From: the human T2T-CHM13v2.0 reference genome, Homo sapiens
Assembly: GCF_009914755.1 (NCBI RefSeq)
Contig: NC_060930.1
Reading direction: 5' to 3' (one strand)
Length of the DNA stretch: 64,000 nt
Part shown: positions 54,050 through 64,000 of the stretch, piece after piece
Position numbering within the stretch: position 1 is the first letter of the stretch
Layout of the letters: every line of letters starts with the position of its first letter
Notes under the pieces: generated by a model
Told to the model about the DNA's origin: nothing
The model's database searches: none
Seen by the model: the letters and a program-made list of their open reading frames with translations, nothing else
Made by a program: the position numbers and the translations under genes

Positions 54050-54809
54050 AAAAATATATGTTGAATGGGAGGAAAAAAAAGCCTGAAGAATAACTAAGAG
54101 CAAAAATTAACATAAACTTTGGCAATGGTCTGAATAGGTACTGTTTAAGATGACAAATAGTAGATTGTATTTTTTAATAGTTACTTCTATTCACATGCAG
54201 TTTACTCTAAGCTTCCCATTAGCCTCACTTTATATGCCATATAATCAGGTCACAGCCCCAAGTGCAAGAAACTCTTATCTAATTTATAACTGTGTGATAA
54301 GTGGAACAATTATGATGTAGAGGCATTCAGAATTTACTGTAATTATCAATTTATTGCCAGAACCATTTCCATTAGTTGTATAATCACCATTCAACTAGAC
54401 TTTAATGCTTGATAGTTCATAAAAGAAAAATCCAAAGATACTTGATCAGGAGGTTAAAATGGGTGTATTTTATGGTATTTGGCTTTGGTCTTGGGATACG
54501 ACTCCAGGAATGGAACTTATTAATTGTTTATAGCCATGAGTCAGTTAGAAACATAAGATAACAAGGCCTATATACAGACTTCTTCTCCCCATTCCCGTGA
54601 GTATATGTAACCACCTAACTCTGAAACAGGGCCTTTCCCCATGAGTATATGTAACTATCTAACCTTGAAATTGCTGCTGTATGGTGAGGAAGAAGGATAT
54701 GGTATCCATGTTCTCCATGCAAGGGTCATTACTTTCCTATAAAATATGAAGTGTTTTTCTGCTTTGAACATTCCCATCTTTTCTTTTAACAATTTTCTTG
54801 GTAGAGTAT

Positions 54810-54956
54810 TCTATTACACAGGGTTCTCTAGAGAAACAGAACCAAGAAGATGTTTGTATATGTGTATTGGTCAGGGTTCTTCAGAGAGACAGAACCAATA
54901 GGATATATATGTATACAAATATCTATGTATGTACATATACACACACAACATGTATA

Positions 54957-55014
<58 letters not shown>

Positions 55015-55538
55015 AATTTGTTATAAGGAATAAGAGAATGGCATGTCCCAGATTCTGGAGGGTGAGTCGGCAAGCTAGAGACTGAGACTAACTCATGGTA
55101 TAGTTCCAGTCTGATTGTGAAGGGCTGCAAATCAGAGAGTTGATGGTGTAGTTCTAGTCTGATTTGGAAGAGCTGAGAATCAGGAGCGGGTGGTGTAGTT
55201 CCAGTCCAGAAGCCAATAGGATTGAGACCCAGCAAGAGCTAATGTTTCAGTTTTGAGTCCAAAAGCAGGAAAAAGCCAGTGTTCCAGTTTGAAGGCTGTC
55301 AGGCAGTAAGAATTCTCTCTTACTCAGGGAAGGGTCAGCCTTTTTGTTCTATGCAGGCCTTCAACTGACTGGATGATGCCCACCCACATTATGGAAGGCA
55401 ATATGATTTATTCAAAGTCCACTGATTTAAATATTAATCTAATCAAAACCCAACTTCACAGAAACATCCAGAATAGTGTGTGACCAAGTATCTGGGCACC
55501 ATGGCCCAGCCAAGATGACACAGAAAATTAACCAGCGC
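54810..55538 (-). mobile_element. MLT2B-like LTR with internal (CA)n/(TA)n and three ~47-bp internal repeats
   Basis: CAGGGTTCTCTAGAGAAACAGAACC; TGGT(A/G)TAGTTC(C/T)AGTC x3; TCTGGGCACCATGGCCCAGCCAAG. Confidence 0.85.
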
Positions 55539-55607
55539 TAATATCTTCATTACTTGGGACATTCCTGTCTGCAAGAGACAGATATACAATCCAAATTAAT
55601 GTAAGAA

Positions 55608-55633
55608 GTGTGTGTGTGTGTGTGTGTGTGTGT
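55608..55633. repeat. (GT)n microsatellite
   Basis: Direct reading. Confidence 0.95.
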
Positions 55634-57019
55634 AATCAATGAATAGTGTCGCCTAAGAACTCCAGGAACTTAAATGATGGCATTAGCTCTCTTTCGGGTT
55701 CTTTGTTTCTGTGTATTGACCCAGTATCTCCCACTGTATATTGGCTTCCTCTGAGTGTTAGAAAAGGAGAGCAGGACTGAAGATACATACACATTTCTAT
55801 AACCCTGAAGTTAAGTGATCCTGTATGAGAAAGAGTTTAGTGGTTTTCATGCTTAGTTGTCCCATAGCATCATTCAGTTTGCTTTTTTCTTGGGAATTTC
55901 CCATGGTATTAGTCCTACCTCCCTTAGATAAAAGGTGAAGACTCACTTTCCCACCTTTTCTTAAAGCTTATTTATCAAGCACATATACCCCTATAAAAAT
56001 CTTGCTTCAGGAGAAAGTGATTTGAAGGAAGAGGCCCTAGACAGAATCAATTTCCAGTAATATTGGGAGTCATACATTCTGGCTTTCTGTGGCAGATTCT
56101 GATATTTATTATACAGTGTCATGGGCACTCAGTGATTACCTGCTTAATGCCAACTATTTTCCAGGCTTTTACTAGGAAACTGAAAAGGGGGCTGCAGTGA
56201 GGTCTCTGCTAGAGTAATGCTATAGCATGGTTTGAACACTGTTCTTGGCTCTGTATCTTCCAAGTCTGACTCTCTGTCCCTAGGCGAGATACTTTAAAAT
56301 ATTTATTTTCTCCTTAAGAAAGTTACAGTGTTTCTATTAGAGCTCTGAATGATGCAGACAGCTTTTCTATTTCATTATCTAGCTATTAAATTTGTATTAG
56401 ACTGGAATAGGTTATATGCATACCTAGTGCCAAAATAGGTAGTCAGGATAATGAATACAATGATTGGCTAGATTTTGGTCACACTCACTTGCGCCTGTGG
56501 TCAGAGAGGTTTAGTATTTTGATGGGCAGCTACACAAGAATCACATGTAGTGAAGGAGAGGCCATTCCACAGATGAGGAAGGATGCTGTTTTTAGTAGAA
56601 CAGAGAGAAAAAAAATTCTTGACAAGATCGAATACCCAACATAGTGCTCTGTGACAAAAGTGACTAATTATCTATTTAAAATGTGCCCTTACCTTAAAAA
56701 ATCAAGTGGAGAACTTTTGCAGAAAACATGCAGGGCTACCTGCAGGAATTGGTGCTATTCTGGATATCTCAGAGCTTGGGTATGAATTAACTGTGCTTTT
56801 CCAAGACTGTTTTATGCAAGTACAATCGTAGATAAATTAGACAATACAGATTTTGAAGCATCATATAAGGATATAAATAATTTAATAGGTAACTACAGTG
56901 TGGAGTGATTAGTGCTAAGTTAATGAAAGTATTGGCTGCTCTGGAAAAATATAGATAAAGCACACGATAGTGATTTTAAAGTCAAATAGAAGTTTTTAAA
57001 GAGGTGACATTGTTCTAAT

Positions 57020-57230
57020 TTTGGAGTCAGGCAAGAACTGTGTTCAGATTCTTGTTCAAAACCAGCCAGGTATTTTTAGGAGAGTTATTTATTCACTTTA
57101 AGCCTTAGTTTTATTGTTGGTAAGATGGATAAAATAGTAACTTCTTTCATAGATATCATGATTAAATGCGATAACACATGTGGAGTCCATAGCCTGGTAC
57201 ATGAGGGGCATTCTGTACATGTTTGCATTT
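57020..57230 (+). mobile_element. MIR SINE
   Basis: TTTGGAGTCAGGCA...AAGCCTTAGTTTTA...GATTAAATGCGATAA...GCCTGGTACAT. Confidence 0.65.
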
Positions 57231-57699
57231 GAAAAAATTATCTTTCTTTAATTTTTCTAGGTGAATGTTATCAGGTGACCTGTGAAAAGGATGTCCATAG
57301 GCTCAAAGGTAAAATTTCATCTTCCAGACACTAAATGAGTGATCTAGAGAGAAGGCTGAACTGAGTAAAGCTAAGCTAAAGATCTGAAAGTTAGCCCGAA
57401 AGCCACGTGAAATTATGGAATAACTTTAAGGAGGTAAGTGATACGATCAGTTTTGTGTTTAGCTAGATCACTTTGCTTCCATGTAGTCACTGACCAGAGA
57501 GAGACATAGTTATCAGGCTGATCCACAGGCCTGGCTAAGATACAATTTAATAATCAGCTGAATTAAGCTAGTGGAATGGGACAAGAGAGCTAACAAATAT
57601 GAGAAGTATCTGTGAAGTTAAATTGGAAGAATTTAGTAATTGTATTAGACGTAATGTGAGAGAGTATTGAGGTGAGGGAATGGTCAATATCTTCTGGAC

Positions 57700-58072
57700 T
57701 ATATTCGTCCATTCTCATGCTGCTATGAAGAAATACCCAAGACCGGGTGATTTATAAAAGAAAGAGGTTTAATTGACTCATAGTTCCACGTTGCTGGGGA
57801 GACCTCAGGATACTTACAATCATCACAGAAGCAAAGGAAAAGCAGGCGTCTTCTTCAGAAGGTGGCAGGACAGTGAGTGAGTGCAAGCAGGGGAAATGCT
57901 GGATGTTTATAAAACCATCAGATCTCCTGAGACTCACTCATTACCATGAGAATAGCATGGGGAAAACCACTGCCATGATCTGGTTACCTCCACCAGGTCC
58001 TGACCTTGACATCTGGGGATTATTACAATTCAAGGTGAGCTTTGGGTGGGGACAGAGAGCCAAACCCTATCA
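57700..58072 (-). mobile_element. THE1D solo LTR within L2 remnants
   Basis: GTCCATTCTCATGCTGCTATGAAGAAATACCC...TTTGGGTGGGGACAGAGAGCCAAACCCTATCA. Confidence 0.9.
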
Positions 58073-58521
58073 GTCATGCATTCATGTAGAAAAATCTGGA
58101 AGACACTGCAGGTGGAAAAGGATGTTTATATACAAAGAAGAGTTGAATACATTCAGTATGGAGGTACATATATGCCCAATGGGCTTTTGATGATTCTGAT
58201 ACATTAGAGACACATATGATCTGGGCAAAAAGATAGGGACCCATCAGTATCTAAATGGTAATTGCTGGAAATTCATGAGGTCATTCTGGGAAGAATATGA
58301 AGAATGAAAAGAAAACAGTGCCCAGGACAGAATCATATGAAGCAACAACATTTAGGTGATAGGACAACAAGGACTCTGAAAATATGGCTGAAGAAGATAA
58401 AAAATTGAAGAAGACAGATAATTAGGAGAGTATGGTAATAGGGAAGCCAAGTCAGAAAGTGAAGTGAGCAACAGTGTCAAGTATGGCTGAGGCATTCCAA
58501 TAGGTGTATATTCAAAATGAA

Positions 58522-58790
58522 TAGAGACATACGTAGGGTGAACAAGTCTAGAGATCTAATGCACAGCATAAGGACTGTAGGTAATAAAATCGTATTGCAT
58601 TTCGAATTCATGCCAAATGAGTAGATTTTAGCTACTCTTGTCACAAAACAACAACCAAAAAAACTGGGTAACAATGCGAGATGATGGATATGTTAATTTC
58701 CCCACCATAATAACCTTTTTTACTATCTACATATATTCCATTATGCTATATATACCTTAAGTAGAAACAATAAAATTTATTCCAAAAAAT
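58522..58790 (+). mobile_element. L1MA (MA8-like) 3' end
   Basis: GAACAAGTCTAGAGATCTAATGCACAGCATAAGGACT...GAGTAGATTTTAGCT...AATAAAA; AAAATGAA on both flanks. Confidence 0.8.
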
Positions 58791-60334
58791 GAACTGAGAG
58801 GTTGATTTCTTAGAAAATGGATTCCTTAGAAAAGGAATTATAGCGTATCAAGGAGCAGACTGAAAAGTCAATGGGAGGTACAAAGGTGGAAACAGGAATT
58901 ATAGAAATTTTATTTTCAAATGGTTCATCTGTGATTTGGAAGGATAGAGTAGGAGTTAAAGAGGTGAAATTGAGAGACTTTTTGTTTGTTTTTCCTTGCT
59001 TTTAACATGTGTGTTATATAGGTATAGTTAAAGCTGATTCGAGAGCTAGAAGATATGGCCATGGTGAAAATATAGGAGGAGATAGAGGGGGTAAAATGTA
59101 CAGAAGGAATCCAGACAAAAGTTGAGTTGTTGAGAATTGGAAAACTGAAGGGATTAACCTCAAGAATAACGTAGTTCTTCCTCTTGTAATGGGAGAGAAA
59201 AGGAAAAGATGGATTGGATGCCGAAAATCACTATCCCTCTATAAGGAATGCTAGGGCATTTTAAAAGCCATAAAAATTATTGCTTTCAGAACTGTATGCA
59301 TTTTGTGCATATAGACTCCTATGATTAAAATGTGAGTCAAGGGTAAAATTACTTTTTTAAAAAAGAAATTGCATTTTATTGACAACCTTTGATAGTACCT
59401 GTTTTTATTATGTGAAATATTGTATTTTCTATATTTCCAAAATGAATTATATTTTTGCTGCCACTGCTACTTTCAATTGATTTTAACTTGAGCCTTGAGG
59501 CATTCTAAGATAATGCAAACCACCCATCAGTTTTCAAAGATAGTATTGTATTACTTAGCAAAGTTGGCTTTTTTATGTGTATGTTGAGGAGTTGTGGAGT
59601 GAGCAAAGGGGATGGCTATTCACATATCAGTATATCCATTTCCAACAATGGACCCTGAGTATTAGCTGAACACAACAATGAGAAAGAACAATAGTTTTCT
59701 GTTAAACTTGGAAACGATATCTGAAAAGCTTATCATTGTTTAAACCTAATTGTCTTAAGTTTACTATGATAATATTGGCACCAATGTTCTGTTAATATTA
59801 CATGAATTTAGCCAGAGGCTATTTGGGGAGAAAAGGATTTGATTTTCACATCGGAGTGTACCTTACTTTAAATGAGAACAGAAACTCAGATTTGAATTGA
59901 AATGACATTGACATGAATATACCCCTATCAACTTGGGGGTTATATCTGTACTCCCATACTCTTTTACAATTTGCAAAGGGGCTGTTATTGCAAATGTTAT
60001 TTTTTCCAATAAAGAGACAGCTCATTAGATCTCATTACTAGTCAGCAGCTGTCGCAGAATATAGATTCCCAACTTGGAGCAATACATCTTTTCACAAATG
60101 CTTTCATTGAAAATGTGGAAAAGATCTATTCCATCGTTAACCTACAGTGACATTATACATGGCTGCGCTTACACCTTTGGCTTTTCTATGAGCATTTCAT
60201 AGTTTAGTAACTTTAAGTTGAATAATTCAAGTTTCATCTAAATGTAATGCCTGCTCCTTATAAATTCTAAAGGAATATTGAAAGTTTTTTTTTTTTCTCA
60301 ATTCCAACTGGTAATATGTTATTTTGAGATCTGG

Positions 60335-61150
60335 ATAAAGTAAATAAATCAACAAATATGTTTTCAGTACTACATTATTTGTGCAAGAGGTGGAGGATAG
60401 AAAAAAAAATAAAGTAAAATCTAATTTATCCTGTGCTCAAAGAGCTTACACTCTACTTGGGGAAGTAAAATATAGACAGTAAAAATCTACATGCATAGAG
60501 AATAATGTTTGAAAGCAAATGTTCAAAAAGATCATAAAATAATGCATAGTTCTTTGTTACATGCCTTGCACAGGAATAAATTCTCAGAAAAGAAATAAAT
60601 AATTGTGGACATAACATGTCTTGTAAGACTTCCCAGGGTGAAAAAATAGCTTCATTTTTGCATATTTTGAGAGGTAAAGAAGTATATGCATATGTGGTAC
60701 GGTGTGCCATGTGTGTTTGTGTGTGTGTTGTGGGTGACAATGGTGGGGGGGCACACTTGTGCAGAAGCAGGCTGCCCCATATACTTTCCATATATAAAAT
60801 GGGAAGGATATTCAGGTCAGAGGATTGACATAAATAACAAGATATAAGAAGACATATACAAAGTTGTGGTGATGATAGTCCATAACTGGACTGCAGAAAA
60901 GGATTCTCTTAGTGTCAGAATTAGGTATTGCAGTTGGATAGGATACGTGAGGTTACACATTACTTTAAATACCAGGCCTGACTGTGGGACTTTTACCTGT
61001 GAAGAATAGAGATTCTTGCTTACTCAAAGAAAGCACTGATTTCAGAGAAGAGTAGCTTGGAAGACAGAAATTTCAGCAATGGGTGAGGGAACAGAAAAAA
61101 TACCAGTTTTGAAAATAGAAGACAATGGGTATAGGAAAATCATGATATAT
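60335..61150 (-). mobile_element. L2 fragments
   Basis: TCAACAAATATG...CCTGTGCTCAAAGAGCTTACACTCTA. Confidence 0.55.
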
Positions 61151-61626
61151 TTCAATGGCTAAGGGATAAGACATTTTACATAACTCCATAAAGCAAAAAT
61201 ATGATACAAATTTCAGATAGATAATTCCAAAGATACTTTCTAACACTCATAGGCATTTTATGTCTATAAAATATTAAGTTTGTAGTCAACACTCTTCATC
61301 AAACACTCTTCTCTTAGCTTCAAGCCATTATATGTATTACAATATTTTGTATATACAAATATAGTATTTTCTACATCTTATTCTTTTGTTACTAACACTT
61401 TAAAATCATATCCAATTATAGATTACTTACGTAATGACCTATTTTTTTTTACTCATTCAAAAATATCTATTTAATATCATTTGCAGCTGACTAATATTTA
61501 GTATTTTTATTCATTATATTCTAAGCTCTGGAATGAAAATCTATGTTTTTCCCCAAAGAATGAAGCAGTTACCTTGGTAGCTTTTTTTTTTTTAAAAAAA
61601 AGAAAGATATGTACAACCAAGAATAG

Positions 61627-62038
61627 AACTTATTCTGCAAAAGCTGGGTTTGGTAGACTATTTTATCACATTTCAGCAGCAAAAAGCATTATAAATTAGA
61701 TAGGGTTAGCTTGGGAAGAATCCATCCAGACTTTGCTTCATTTACTCACAGAGGTGCTCTCCTCTTGAAATACAGACTTTCAAAAGAAGAAAGGAAAGGG
61801 AAGGAAAGAAGGAAGGAAGGAAGGAGAAAGGCAAGGCAAGGCAAGAAAAGGAAAGGAAAGGAAGAGGGAAGGAGAGAGGGAGGGAGAGAGGGAAAGAAGG
61901 AGGGATGGAGTGGAGGGGAGGGGAGGAGAGTGAAGGGGAGGGGACTGGAGGGGAGGGGAGGGGACTGGAGGGGAGGGGAGAGGACTGGAGGGGAGGGAAA
62001 AGCAGAAAAGTAGAGAAAAGCAGGACAAAAAAGAATAG
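61627..62038 (+). repeat. Local duplication C, copy 1: ~167 bp unique sequence plus a G-rich polypurine tract
   Basis: 61627-61793 aligns to 63479-63649. Confidence 0.93.
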
Positions 62039-62149
62039 CGTTTCTGGCTTCACCCACTACACACATCTTTAGAGTTCCATAAAAATCAGCCACCAATAGG
62101 ATATACGCTGCTTTTTCAGGTGTTGATAGAAATAATTTTTTACATGTTT

Positions 62150-62192
62150 TGTGTGTGTGTGTGTGTGGGGGGGGGGGGGGTGGGGGTAGGGG
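62150..62192 (+). repeat. (TG)n followed by G14-T-G5-TA-G4
   Basis: Direct reading. Confidence 0.95.
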
Positions 62193-63478
62193 TTCGGAGC
62201 AAAGGCACACAGCATAGAGAACAGAGAAGAATTTGGTGTGTTTAAATACATTTACCTAGATGATGACTATTGATGTTTTCTTTATCATTACAATAGATTA
62301 CAACTCCTAGTATGTGTTTTCTTTTCACATTTTCTTTTCTATTTCCATCACTTTTTCTTTCCTTGTATGTACTGTTTTATTCTTTTGTCCTCTGGCAATT
62401 GAAAGAAATGTATAATTCTACTAATTGTTGCTTTTGATGTAAACTTTTCAAAATTTTTTCTTAATTATCTTGCCAAGAATAAAGCAATTTCTATTGACTC
62501 CCCATATGAAATCTATGAAACTCAGTAAAATCTAGTTTTTAATAACTTCCTATATTCTACAGATATGGTATCTTTTAAACTCTGAATAATATAATTATAT
62601 TAATTTTGTTATTTTATTTCCTCTTTAACATTTATTAACATATCTATTAGATGATATAGCCATATTATAATAACAAAAATAAATTTTAAACCTGGTTAAA
62701 AATATTTTCAATATTAGCCCTTTTATACCCCCTTTTTTTAAGTTTTAATTTTGGTTTATTTCTCAGTATACTATAGTATACTTTCAAATGTGGCGTGGAC
62801 TGAAGATTTTAAAGTTCCAGATCTAATTTATTCATGTAGGTTCATACTCATTACAATAAACTGCTTTTTAAGATTTGCTGGGCCATTCCTTCATTAAAGC
62901 AGACAAGAAAAATATCTTTGTAGGGTAAACAATTATCTATCAAAAGGTTTCAGCATTATTTATTTTATAAATCTTAGGGAATCACTAGTACTTAATTCTA
63001 CTCAGTGGAGGTGAGGATCCTAAAAGTATTTCAGCATATCTTTTGTTTTGGCTGGTTTCAATCATGAGAATTTTAAAAGCAAAACTGTGTTGATTTCATG
63101 TTCATTTAATTTTACAAACTATTGTATATTCCTAGGTATACATTTTGTCTATATGGAAGTGTCAATCATTATATAGAAATCATTATAGTCATTGAAATTT
63201 AAACGCACCAAGATATGCCTAGGTGTTGACCTCCTTTTATTAATATACATACTTTTTACTTTATGATCTTCTTCATATTTCCTTAGCTCATAATAATGTT
63301 TTTCTTTTATGTAGTGATTATATCTTATTTTCCATTGTTTCCATCTTCTCCTTCAAGAGCCATAGAATTTAATCTTGCAATAGCCTTTATCATAGCTCCA
63401 TTTTCTCTGACTGGTTTACTCACATCATTGATATTCATTCGTATTCTAAAAAGCTATGTTAAGTTTGTCTTCTATATC

Positions 63479-63941
63479 AACTTATTCTGCAAAAGGTTGA
63501 TTTGATAGACTATTCATTCTATCACATTTCAGGAGCAAAAAGCATTTTACAGTAGATAGGATGAGATTGGGAATAATCCATCTAGACTTTCTTTCAGTTA
63601 CTCACAGGGCTGCTCTCCTCTTGATATACAGACTTTCCAAAGAAGAAAGAGAAAGAAAAGGAAGGAAGGAATGAGGGAGGGAGGAAGGAAAGAAGGAAGG
63701 AAGGAAGGAAGGAAGGAAGGAAGGAAGGAAGGGAGAGTGATGGAGAAAGAAAGAAAGAAGGAAAGAAAGAAAGAAAAGAAAGAAAGAAAGAAAAGCAAGA
63801 AAGAAAGAAGGAAAGAAAGAAAGGAAGGAAGGAAAGAAAGGGAAAGAAAGGAAAGGAAGAGAAAGAAAGAAAGAAAGAGAGAGAAGAAGGAAAGAAGGAA
63901 GTAAAAAGGAAAGGCAGAGACAGAAAGAGAGGAAGGAATAG
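63479..63941 (+). repeat. Local duplication C, copy 2: ~170 bp plus a (GGAA/GAAA)n polypurine tract
   Basis: Aligns to 61627-61793; source of the F/L/S/P-rich and K/E/R-rich spurious ORFs. Confidence 0.93.
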
Positions 63942-64000
63942 ATCAATTTTATCTATAATAGAGATTATATTCAATACTGTTTCCATTTGCAATTTATTAT

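Noticed and set aside
55094-55206. Three spaced ~19-bp repeats with ~28-bp spacers, superficially CRISPR-like
   Set aside because: Spacers resemble each other; internal tandem repeat of an MLT2 LTR in a eukaryotic genome, with no cas genes
54798-55235. ORFs with HTHT/VCVC runs (also 19164..19385 and 20972..21376)
   Set aside because: Products of (CA)n/(TA)n repeats, here within an MLT2 LTR
57261-57308. 48-nt AG/GT-bounded segment open in one frame (ECYQVTCEKDVHRLK)
   Set aside because: Weak donor (GTAAAA), sits among MIR/L2 relics, no partner exons or recognisable protein
61711-63992. Long ORFs (100-154 aa) at the window end
   Set aside because: Translations of GA/CT microsatellites that lack stop codons; low-complexity and open in several frames

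Overview
Primate (most likely human) AT-rich, non-coding genomic DNA. No credible protein-coding gene, tRNA, rRNA or CRISPR array is present. The listed ORFs are fragments of L1 ORF1/ORF2, translations of Alu/LTR/microsatellite sequence, or chance short ORFs. Much of the window is recognisable interspersed repeat: six Alus or Alu fragments; a near full-length minus-strand L1PA15/16-like LINE (about 4.7-11.7 kb) carrying nested THE1D, MADE1 and Alu insertions; solo LTRs (THE1B/C/D, MLT1A/C, MLT2, MER50, other ERV1/ERVL); MER5 and Tigger DNA transposons; and old L1M, L2, L3 and MIR fragments. The structure that repeat annotation does not explain is a series of short local templated duplications: 136 bp, about 400 bp, 153 bp inverted, and about 170 bp plus a purine tract. 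Each was copied 1-5 kb, they differ in age (about 96, 80, 91 and 86% identity by hand alignment), and several junctions carry fold-back palindromes or template-switch fragments. They cluster at 45.6-54.0 kb and 61.6-63.9 kb and resemble accumulated scars of polymerase-theta/MMBIR-type repair. I found no evidence for a new gene system. Repeat subfamily names come from my recollection of consensus sequences and need RepeatMasker/Dfam confirmation.
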